From assembly GCF_006345805.1 (NCBI RefSeq), contig NW_021827981.1:1-9356 (forward strand): DNA of 9,356 nt, written 5' to 3'. The position numbers and the translations under genes were made by a program. Source of the stretch: Octopus sinensis (taxonomy: Eukaryota). Within the stretch, counting starts at the first letter, position 1; every line of letters starts with the position of its first letter. Under the pieces are notes generated by a model, which was not told where the DNA came from, did no database searches, and worked only from the letters and a program-made list of their open reading frames with translations. Shown here piece by piece: positions 1 through 7,180 of the stretch.

Positions 1-112
1 ATGCATATATATAATATATACTGATACTTATATTTAAACTGGGTTAAAGTGATGAATAATGTAGGGAATGTATTTTCTTATTTTTCGGTGAAATAACGCC
101 AAACATACAACA

Positions 113-340
113 TATATATTATATATATATATATATAAATATATATATATTATATATATTTATATATATATATATTATATTTATATATATATACATATAC
201 ATATATGTATATTGTACATATATGTACATATAATACATACCATATGTATATATATATATACATACATATTATATATATATTATATTATATATATATATAT
301 ATATTATATATATATATATTATATTAATATATATATATAT
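113..340. repeat. Imperfect (TA)n/(TACA)n microsatellite tract
   Basis: Almost pure alternating T/A with occasional CA/TG units; explains the IY-rich ORF 269..496. Confidence 0.95.
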
Positions 341-506
341 AACAAACAAATATATGTACAAGCATAAAAAGAGGTACGTGCTGACGTACCAATAATATAC
401 ATAGTTAATCTGATCTATGCATACGTGTAAATATATATATATACTCACACACACAGACACACAATCATTCATACATTCATACATGTTAATATACACAGTC
501 TGTACC

Positions 507-524
507 TGTATGTATGTATGTATG

Positions 525-554
<30 letters not shown>
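507..554. repeat. (TGTA)12 perfect tetranucleotide microsatellite
   Basis: Twelve uninterrupted TGTA units; gives MYVC repeats in ORF 417..659. Confidence 0.97.
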
Positions 555-555
<1 letters not shown>

Positions 556-599
556 GTAAGTATAGGTATGTCTGTGTAGATAACAGTCTGCTTCCCTAT

Positions 600-725
600 C
601 AATTGGACCCTCGAATATCGTGGGTGTTACGTTCCCGCGATAGGAGAAAATCCGAGTAGAAACAATACTGTATTGTACATTTTTTTAAATTATTTTATAA
701 TATGTATATATTTATTTATTTACGG
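600..725 (+). mobile_element. Probable 5' terminal fragment of a Tigger/pogo-like DNA transposon
   Basis: CAATTGGACCCTCGAATATCGTGGGTGTTACGTTCCCGCGATAGGAGAAAATCCG resembles Tigger left ends (CAGT-start TIR, repeated TATCGCGG/CCGCGATA sites; inverted pair 616-624/634-642), followed by an AT-rich subterminal stretch. No matching right end seen. Confidence 0.45.
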
Positions 726-729
726 AGAT

Positions 730-731
<2 letters not shown>

Positions 732-778
<47 letters not shown>
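732..778. repeat. Perfect (AT)n microsatellite, about 23 units
   Basis: Uninterrupted dinucleotide run. Confidence 0.97.
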
Positions 779-779
<1 letters not shown>

Positions 780-790
780 CTATTATGCAC

Positions 791-880
791 CAGGCTTCAA
801 AAATAACTACTGAGGTTGATTAGTTCAAGGTGTTAGCCCCGCATGACCACAATCCAATGACTGAACCAAATAAAAGATAA
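791..880 (+). mobile_element. Diverged 3' tail fragment of a SINE (family A)
   Basis: Aligns by eye (roughly 70%) with the reverse complement of 1111-1184: AGGCTT-CAAA-AATAA-CTG.GGT.GATT...GCCCC.GCATG.CC, then continues ATGACTGAACCAAATAAAAGA, as in octopod SINE tails as I recall them. Confidence 0.65.
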
Positions 881-884
881 TATA

Positions 885-1096
885 TGGGGTGGAGTGCTGA
901 AAGGCTCCTAGCTTTAAAAGTATCGTGAAAGGTGCAGGCCCAACCTTTCGTGTTCTTTTACAGGGCTTAGGAAAACTGAATGACTGCTGCAATAACTATG
1001 TGAATCTGAGAGGTGAATATGTTCAATAAAATCATAATTAACTGATCCTCCAGTATTTTTATTTACTCAAATCCAGGAACTTTTCAGCATACCCTC
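885..1096 (+). mobile_element. Mariner-derived MITE (about 210 bp) with TIRs and a transposase C-terminal remnant
   Basis: TIR cores 895-911 (TGCTGAAAGGCTCCTAG) and 1073-1089 (reverse complement TGCTGAAAAGTTCCTGG) match 14/17; TA flanks at 883-884 and 1097-1098; 955-1029 translates LLQGLGKLNDCCNNYVNLRGEYVQ*, matching the mariner C-terminal GI.KL..RW..C....GEYVE* pattern. Confidence 0.85.
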
Positions 1097-1110
1097 TACT
1101 ATATATATAT

Positions 1111-1184
1111 ATTTGACCGGGGCCATGCTGGGGCACCGTTTTAGTCGAGCAAATCGACCCCAGGAATTATTCTTTGTAAGCCTA
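1111..1184 (-). mobile_element. 3' tail fragment of SINE family A, antisense
   Basis: Reverse complement TAGGCTTACAAAGAATAATTCCTGGGGTCGATTTGCTCGACTAAAACGGTGCCCCAGCATGGCCCCGGTCAAAT; shares CTGGGGTCGAT-N4-TCGAC with the SINE at 3051-3070 and is homologous to 791-880. Confidence 0.75.
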
Positions 1185-1234
1185 CGAAATGCTTAGCCGT
1201 ATTTCGTTTGTCTTTATGTTCTGAGTTCAAATTC
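1185..1234 (+). mobile_element. tRNA-head fragment of SINE family B
   Basis: 45/50 identical to 2940-2989; contains the B-box-like GAGTTCAAATTC. Confidence 0.9.
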
Positions 1235-1923
1235 TCTCATACACAAGTATAAATTTATTGAGTTCTAACAACTTGTTTTTAGTATCGCTATGCCGAAGCG
1301 TTTTCCTTTCTATGCAGATTATTTTATACCTTTGTGCTTCGTATTGATTTCACTTTTGAAATGAGTTCAGATCTGATCTATGAGAGACAATGCATGTTGT
1401 ATGGATTCACAAGAGGCTTTTCGGCAATGGAAGCATCAAGAAATATTCGTTCCGTCTATGGATATGAAATTTTAAGTGTCTGAACATGCCAGCGATGGTT
1501 TGGCCAGTTTTGTCTCGATCTGGACGACCCTGTTCTGTCAATGCTGGGCTTCTAAAAACCGTAGCTGAATGCGATTGAAAGCAAATTGCACTCGAATCTT
1601 ACTAAAATTGTTCAATTTAAGTCGCACTTCGATCATAAATTACTTTCATGAACTAAGAAAAGAGCCTAAACTTGTTCAGCAGGTCCATCATCATTTGAAT
1701 GCTTCTCGGCTTAATCAAAGAGTTAAAAACGGTGGTGGGTGGTTTTTCCTTAAAAATATGAAGAATTTTACACCCGTGGGATCAACAATTTGTCAAATAA
1801 ATAGGGCTATGTTGTCCAATTATGTGGGGAAATATTATATTCATTAAATAAATCAATTGTGATCAAACAAGCATTTGTTTCTTTCCCGTCTTGGAATGCG
1901 ATAGAATTTTCCTTCTAACTTAA
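1235..1923 (+). mobile_element. Internally deleted, decayed mariner (Tc1/mariner, DD34D-type) element
   Basis: Carries the transposase remnant listed separately. Putative right TIR ATGCGATAGAATTTTCCTTCTAACTTAA at about 1896-1923 (reverse complement TTAAGTTAGAAGGAAAATTCTATCGCAT, mariner-like TTAGGTTGG-type start). Left end is unclear and abuts the SINE fragment. Confidence 0.75.
1361..1847 (+). pseudogene. Mariner transposase pseudogene: HTH1, HTH2, linker and extreme C-terminus; catalytic domain missing
   Basis: 1361-1513 MSSDLIYERQCMLYGFTRGFSAMEASRNIRSVYGYEILSV*TCQRWFGQF (HTH1, TGA at 1481); 1513-1530 SRSGRP; ORF 1569 frame TRILLKLFNLSRTSIINYFHELRKEPKLVQQVHHHL (HTH2 plus eroded WVPHEL); 1760-1830 EEFYTRGINNLSNK*GYVVQLCGE, then YYIH* at 1847. 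Multiple frameshifts and stops. Confidence 0.88.
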
Positions 1924-1939
1924 TGTGTGTGTATGTGTG

Positions 1940-2099
1940 CAGGAAGCGGGGAACGAAGGGGGGGAGCTGAGGGGCACGCTCCTCCCTCAAGAAAAGGAGT
2001 GCGCCCTTCTAAATAATGTTATAACGCCCTTTTCTCCTGGAATTGTATTCCCTTCTGACATTGTGCCCTCCCTTCGAAAAATTTCTGGGACCGCGCCTG
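1940..2099. mobile_element. GC-rich 160-bp non-autonomous TIR element (MITE-like, superfamily uncertain)
   Basis: Ends CAGG...CCTG; left CAGGAAGCGG..CGAAGGGGGGG vs right reverse complement CAGGCGCGG..CGAAGGGAGGG; internal hairpin 1969-2009; flanks GTATGTGTG/GTGTGTGTG within a GT tract. Confidence 0.6.
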
Positions 2100-2360
2100 G
2101 TGTGTGTGTGTGTACATACATATATGCACGTACAAACATCCATATATATACATATGAATACACACACAAGCACATAAGTACATACATATATACATACAAA
2201 AATAACATTTATGAAAACACTTAATGATGTGACCTGGTCGTATGTACTAATATGCGTATGTATATTATGTATTTAAGATTTATATATTCGTCTGTGTATG
2301 TGTGTACATTATATATATTTATATATGTGTGTGTATATATACATACAGACAGACATACAA
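2100..2360. repeat. Mixed (GT)/(TA)/(CA) low-complexity tract
   Basis: Degenerate dinucleotide runs interspersed with short unique stretches. Confidence 0.75.
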
Positions 2361-2905
2361 CCTACCTATAAATAACGAATCTGAACAATGTTAAAATATT
2401 AAAAGAAAGAAAGAAAAGACACAAAGCACAAGACTAATTTTCCTAAATTATGTGGCACGTTAGCATATCTTCATCTCTGGTGAAGTGGTATGTTTGGAAT
2501 TTGGGGCATTTTTTAACGTTCTGGCACCACACCTTACCCTTTTGTTAATGTAAGACTTTGGCAGAGCGGATGGGGAGGGGATATTTATTTATTGCTATTT
2601 TGTTTTTACCTGTTAAATATCTTATCATGGATTTTTGTCACTTTCTAAGCCTTCTCAATCACCGCTTTGCGTCGTGTCCCCCGAAATAACCCATTCGCTT
2701 TATTTCAAAGTTGGTTCACTGCTTCTTAGGGCGAGGATTCATGATAAGTAGCAGATGCATTATAAGAACTATAGAACGAATAGGATGCTTTTGACGAAAT
2801 TTCGAGAAAACCTGGCTAAATATATATAACTATTAAGCAAAATAAGCGTGCTCTTAAGGCATCAAGTGGGGCACCACAGAAATAGTAAATGGTTTACGGC
2901 ACAAA

Positions 2906-3133
2906 AACGGCAAACTGGCAGAAACGTTAGCACGCCGGGCGAAATGCGTAGCCGTATTTCGTCTGTCGTTACGTTCTGAGTTCAAACTCCGCCGAGGTCG
3001 ACTTTGCCTTTCATCCTTTCGGGGTCGATTAAATAAGTACCCGTTACGCACTGGGGTCGATATAATCGACTTAATCCGTTTGTCTGTCCTTTGTCCTCTC
3101 TGTGTTTAGCCCCTTGTGGGTAGTAAAGAAATA
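2906..3133 (+). mobile_element. Full-length tRNA-derived SINE (family B, octopod-type), 228 bp, with a 15-bp TSD
   Basis: A-box-like TGGCAGAAACGTTAG (2916-2930), B-box-like GAGTTCAAACTCC (2978-2990), body with two GGGGTCGAT motifs, tail GGGTAGTAAAGAAATA; perfect direct repeat GGTTTACGGCACAAA at 2891-2905 and 3134-3148. Confidence 0.92.
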
Positions 3134-3315
3134 GGTTTACGGCACAAATGAAATAGCTTTAAACTTGCTAAAAGAATATTCGAAATAAATTTATATGATC
3201 GGAAAAATTTATTTTATGGTTTATTATTGTTTATATTTTGAATCACATGTATATGGGGGCAGCAAAATCTCTTAAGTGTTTAGGGCCTCTGTGCGCCTTA
3301 ATGCAGATAGCTCGT

Positions 3316-3347
3316 TAAATGTTGATAAATGTTGATAAATGTCGATA
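3316..3347. repeat. 10-bp minisatellite, 3.2 copies (TAAATGTTGA)
   Basis: TAAATGTTGA TAAATGTTGA TAAATGTCGA TA. Confidence 0.85.
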
Positions 3348-3636
3348 TAGAGCGAAACAATAACAGCAACAAATCAGGGGTCGAAACTGCCTTACCAAGC
3401 ACCAAAAACGTTGCCTAAAAGCAAAGGGTTCGTGAGATGTTCCATTGAATACCGGTACGTTATTCTGGCAGACCATGGGTCTTTTAATTTTTTTTTTGTT
3501 TTACGTATTTCAAGGTTATATGGATACAGTTTGTGTATCAAATAGCTAACTTAAGGCGATGGCCTCATGGAGCTAATAAGCGGACAGCTTTATTCTTATT
3601 TTTATAAGAATGCCATATTAGTATGGCGATAACTAT

Positions 3637-3638
<2 letters not shown>

Positions 3639-3682
<44 letters not shown>

Positions 3683-3790
3683 GAGGAGAGAGAGAGAGAG
3701 AGATACACGCATGAATATGTATGTAGATATGTATGTATATATAATATATATATATATATGTATATATGTGTGTATGCATATATGTATGTG
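3639..3790. repeat. Compound microsatellite: (AT)17, then (AG)n, then TA/TG-rich tract
   Basis: AT run 3639-3672, AG-rich 3673-3702, degenerate TATG/TA runs to about 3790. Confidence 0.92.
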
Positions 3791-3997
3791 ACCGCGTGTG
3801 AATCGTTGGCGATTTTTTTCCTCCGTCTTCCCTTCCTTGGATCTTTCCTTTTTCTATGTTTCTAACAAAGAGCTCCGCTCGAAACGTTAAAATCCTCCTT
3901 CTTCCTTTCCTTTCCTGAGCGTCCAATAACACTATACTTGTTCCACGTCTTCGCGTATTATGTGTTTTCTCTTTGTGTTTTCATCTTTGGATTAACT
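3786..3997 (+). mobile_element. Probable Penelope-like element fragment (pLTR-type region)
   Basis: Pyrimidine-rich repeat-like block bounded by microsatellites and containing a minimal hammerhead-like motif, an arrangement established for Penelope-like elements. No RT or GIY-YIG coding sequence seen. Confidence 0.5.
3858..3892 (+). ncRNA. Degenerate minimal type I hammerhead ribozyme motif, probably inactive in this copy
   Basis: GTTT-CTAACAA-A-GAGC-TCC-GCTC-GAAACGTT-AAAA: stem II GAGC/GCTC, intact GAAA, palindromic ACGT stem III, partial stem I; core CTAACAA differs from CTGACGA by two G-to-A changes. Confidence 0.6.
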
Positions 3998-4146
3998 ATA
4001 TATGTATGCATATATATATATGTATGCATGTTAGTATATATATATATTATATATACACGCACAACACACACACCCAACACACACACACACACCACACATA
4101 TATAGATATATTAGATATATATATATAATATATATATATATATATA
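3997..4146. repeat. Mixed (TA)/(CA) microsatellite tract
   Basis: TA runs flanking a CA-rich run at about 4053-4098. Confidence 0.9.
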
Positions 4147-4173
4147 ATCCAAATAATAAAACAACGAAATCCT

Positions 4174-4313
4174 ATGAGATACCTTTATGATTCTTCACAA
4201 TTATTTCTGTACCAAATTTGCTTGCAACACCAGTTTACGCAAAAATTTGAAGTGGAGATTTACGTAATGAGTACGGTTTTAGACATAAGAGTGATACCTC
4301 AATAGACTTACAT
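4174..4313 (+). repeat. Copy 1 of a 140-bp near-identical direct repeat (partner 7040-7180)
   Basis: Base-by-base comparison shows one substitution (AAAAA vs AAAAG) and one single-A indel. Confidence 0.97.
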
Positions 4314-4499
4314 TAAAGGTGCGGTCTTACAGTGTGGACAAACGAAAAAAACTGGCGCTCAACGCATTTTGTAGGAGGTACATATATTAATCATTCAACA
4401 GAGTTTGATCCGTCCGCTAGCGAAATGAAATGTGTAACCTGATGAGATATATTTCTCTAAGAAGTCGCAAGGGGCCGAATCAAACTGTTTAAATAAAAG

Positions 4500-4574
4500 T
4501 GTGTGTGTGCATGTGTGCATGTGTGTGTATGTGTGTGTGTGTGTATGTGTGTGTGTGTGTGCGCGCATGTGTGT
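4500..4574. repeat. (GT)n microsatellite, possibly the (CA)n tail of the adjacent antisense SINE
   Basis: GT repeats with GCAT/GTAT interruptions. Confidence 0.9.
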
Positions 4575-4895
4575 CAGAGTTTTTGTGTACAAATGAATAT
4601 ATTGATCGTAGATATCTCTCGTAGTCCGAAAAACCTGCTGAATAACCTGCACAAATGATTTGTTTATAATGATCAAATGCTTTTGCTGTGCTGTACATTA
4701 GATCTCTCTTCCTCCATCAATTAGACGTTGCCTGAATGTTGTACATAGTATCACATATCAGGTGTTGAAGTGATTGCGAAGCAACGTGATACGAGCTGTT
4801 TTGCTCAAGAATACAACACACTACTCAGAACATGAATTGAAACCACGATCTTCAGATTCTGAGAACAATACCCTAGCCACCAGACCATGTGCCTT
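4575..4895 (-). mobile_element. Diverged tRNA-derived SINE (family C) with CORE-like motif
   Basis: Minus strand begins AAGGCACATGGTCTGGTGGCTAGGG (A-box-like), then GGTTTCAATTC (B-box-like), then GTTGTATTCTTGAGCAAAACA resembling the CORE motif TGTG.CCTTGGGCAAG. The downstream extent is inferred from recalled octopod repeat sequence and the CA tail. Confidence 0.65.
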
Positions 4896-5357
4896 GGCAT
4901 AAATATATTACTCAATCAAATTGCAACAGAATCTGATTAACATGTTTTAATTTTGCATTTTTTACAATTTTATAATATTCTGTTATATGATAACACAAGT
5001 ACTTTCATGCTTTCCACAGTCTTCACGTATTTGTAATAGTAAAATTAATCAACGGTGGTGCTTCCTAACTGAGAATTGACAGTTATCCAATGAGAAGCAC
5101 AACTGTTTATAAAATTGTAAAAAAAAACATCCCAGAATAAAACGTGAAATTTTCCATGAGCACAAACTTGCATATATACACACACCAACCGATTCAGAAA
5201 ACCACAGACCCCCAACACTTGTCTTAACTGAAACAAAAGAGCTTTGCCAATTGGTTCGTGGCCTGCTTGAATTCTTCAAGTGAAAGAACTTAAATAAATT
5301 CTGAAGAACATACCTACATACATTTTATATAAGAATATATGTATGCATTATATACAT

Positions 5358-5368
<11 letters not shown>

Positions 5369-5435
<67 letters not shown>
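5369..5435. repeat. Perfect (AT)n microsatellite, about 33 units
   Basis: Uninterrupted run ending at the TA that precedes the Tigger left TIR. Confidence 0.97.
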
Positions 5436-5438
<3 letters not shown>

Positions 5439-5883
5439 GTATACCTCGGCTTAAATCGTTTCGATTATACGTCGGTTTTCAAAAATAATATATGGAAAAC
5501 TAAAAATCAAGTTAAGTCTTTTTACTCGACTTTCACAAATATTGGAATCATAAAATCACTAGAAAACCGTTAAAGGCACATAAAATCATGTTACTGTACA
5601 ATAAATAACCATGAAAGCATATCAAATCATATTAAAATATGTACAGTAAATGTTAAGATACACACCATAAAGTAATGTAGCTTAGTGAACGAAATCATGA
5701 AATCAGCTGTGTTGTCTTATTTATCGGTCTTTCGGGACACATCTTGCACTGTTGTTCCAATATCTAACATTAGGCGTCGTTGTCACTCGTGATTCCCGCA
5801 ATTGTTTTGAATTCAGATTTGTTTAGATCTTTATCGGCTACTTTCTCATTTTCATTCATTTGTGACTTCATTTTTTTTTCCTC

Positions 5884-6737
5884 GTGGCTCCAAAAAACTC
5901 ATAGTGCAAGTGCTAAGCGTCATGCTATAACGCTGGAAGATAAAATTGGCTATGATAAAACGCCATGAAAAAGGTGAAAAATGGTAGCAATTACACGATC
6001 TTCTGGAATGAATCGACCAACTGTGTTGACGATTGTACATAATAAGGACAAGATTTTCGCACATATCAAATCTGAAACCCCAGGGATGAACACTCATCAA
6101 TAAGAAAAGAGGCAAAATCTTTGAAGAAATGGAAAGTTTTCTTTCTCTTTAAATTGCTAGTTTTAATTGTCAGTGTGCTGTTAGTAGTCAAGAAATCGTT
6201 CAAGAGAAAGCGTTGTCTTTGTTTGAGGACACGAAGAAAAAATATCCAGATGAGAAAGATATAGAGTTCAATGCAAGTCAATGATGCTTCATGAAATTTA
6301 AGGAGCAAAGTTATCACTCCATTAAGAAGCAAGGTGAAAGTGCATCAGCTGACGAACAAGCAGCAGTGGTCTTTCCTAATGCATTAAAGAAAATCATCGA
6401 AGTAAACGAATTTCTTCCCGAACAGATTTTCAACGTAAATAAACTGGATTGTATTGGAAAAAATTGCCAGACCGTTCATTTATTTGTAAAGAGGAGAAAT
6501 TATTCCAGGCTACAATGTCTCAAAAGACCGTGTGACCATTACGTTGAGAGGTAATTGTGCAAGAGATTTTATGTTAAAGCCATTGCTTGTGTATCATGCA
6601 CACAACCCCTGTGCCCTGAAGAACATATCTAAGGCATTTCTCCCTGTTATATGGATGGCTAATTCAAAAGCAGCTGCTTTTGAAGATTTATCCCAGCAGC
6701 AGAGAAGTACTGTAAGAAGAAGGAGATTCCTTTTAAG
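5884..6737 (+). pseudogene. Tigger-like (TIGD/CENP-B-related) transposase pseudogene: two HTH domains plus start of the DDE domain
   Basis: Across frameshifts: (V)APK..HSASAKRHAITLEDKI / AMIKRHEKGEK / MVAITRSSGMNRPTVLTIVHNKDKI / KKRGKIFEEMESFLSL*I..QEKALSLFED..EFNASQ*CF..GESASADEQAA..EQIFNVN / TGLYWKKLPDRSFI / SKDRVTITLRGN..KPLLVYHAHNPCALKN..LPVIW / EKYCKKKEIPFK. GTG at the start position, in-frame stops at 6150 and 6282, and sequence breaks off just before the expected LLLLDNAPGH motif. Confidence 0.93.
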
Positions 6738-7039
6738 CCACCAAATTGTATCAACGTATTGGTAAATTTAAAATAATTTTTTTTTTTTTTTACTATCGCA
6801 AAATAATAATAATTACTGAATTTCTTTTTTAAGTTTAAAAAAGGCTTTTATTTTACCATGTCTTAGTGTAAACTGAATTCATAAATAAAGTGTCCGTGAG
6901 GTACGGTAAACACCGCCAAATTGTATTCGCAAATTTAGATTGCTTTGTTTTTTTTACTGTACTGAATAAAAAATAAAAATTATTTGTTTGTAAGCTTAAA
7001 ATAGATGTTTATTAACCATATATTATTGAAAATGCATTC

Positions 7040-7180
7040 ATGAGATACCTTTAATGATTCTTCACAATTATTTCTGTACCAAATTTGCTTGCAACACCAG
7101 TTTACGCAAAAGTTTGAAGTGGAGATTTACGTAATGAGTACGGTTTTAGACATAAGAGTGATACCTCAATAGACTTACAT
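7040..7180 (+). repeat. Copy 2 of the 140-bp direct repeat, inserted in the Tigger 3' region
   Basis: Two differences from 4174-4313; TCA occurs at both junctions (7038-7040 and 7180-7182). Confidence 0.97.

Noticed and set aside
269-659. ORFs 269..496 (-) and 417..659 (+)
   Set aside because: Translations of TA and TGTA microsatellites plus a transposon end; TA repeats lack stop codons, so such ORFs arise trivially.
1925-2224. Overlapping ORFs 1925..2224 (+) and 1987..2208 (-)
   Set aside because: They run through a GC-rich MITE and a microsatellite; no recognisable protein features.
2906-2995. Possible tRNA gene (A and B boxes)
   Set aside because: No clean cloverleaf; continues into a SINE body and is flanked by a TSD.
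2854-3051. Arg-rich 65-aa ORF on the minus strand
   Set aside because: Antisense reading of the SINE.
3240-3490. Short GC-richer patches resembling a MITE end (3252-3306) or SINE head (3370-3480)
   Set aside because: No partner TIR, no convincing A/B box pair; too degraded to call.
3623-3932. ORFs 3623..3865 (+) and 3633..3932 (-)
   Set aside because: Dominated by IY/ER/HT repeats from compound microsatellites.
4421-4462. CTGATGA at 4439-4445 with nearby GAAA as a second hammerhead
   Set aside because: The stem after the core is followed by TAAG rather than GAAA, and the upstream GAAA motifs give no workable stems I-III.
4395-4698. ORFs 4395..4676 and 4489..4698 (-)
   Set aside because: Span SINE body and CA repeat (HT runs); no homology recognised.
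5186-5227. Possible 42-nt minus-strand exon (acceptor CTTTTGTTTCAG, donor TTG/GTGTGT) within ORFs 5045..5236 and 5049..5279
   Set aside because: Donor is weak and merges with a GT repeat; peptide not recognised; such sites are common by chance. Would need RNA-seq junction reads.
5852-6332. Minus-strand ORFs 5852..6115 and 6066..6332
   Set aside because: Antisense shadows of the Tigger transposase pseudogene.
6291-6765. ORFs 6291..6554 and 6532..6765 as a domesticated TIGD/CENP-B-like gene
   Set aside because: They are fragments of one transposase broken by many frameshifts and stops, still enclosed by TIRs, which indicates neutral decay.
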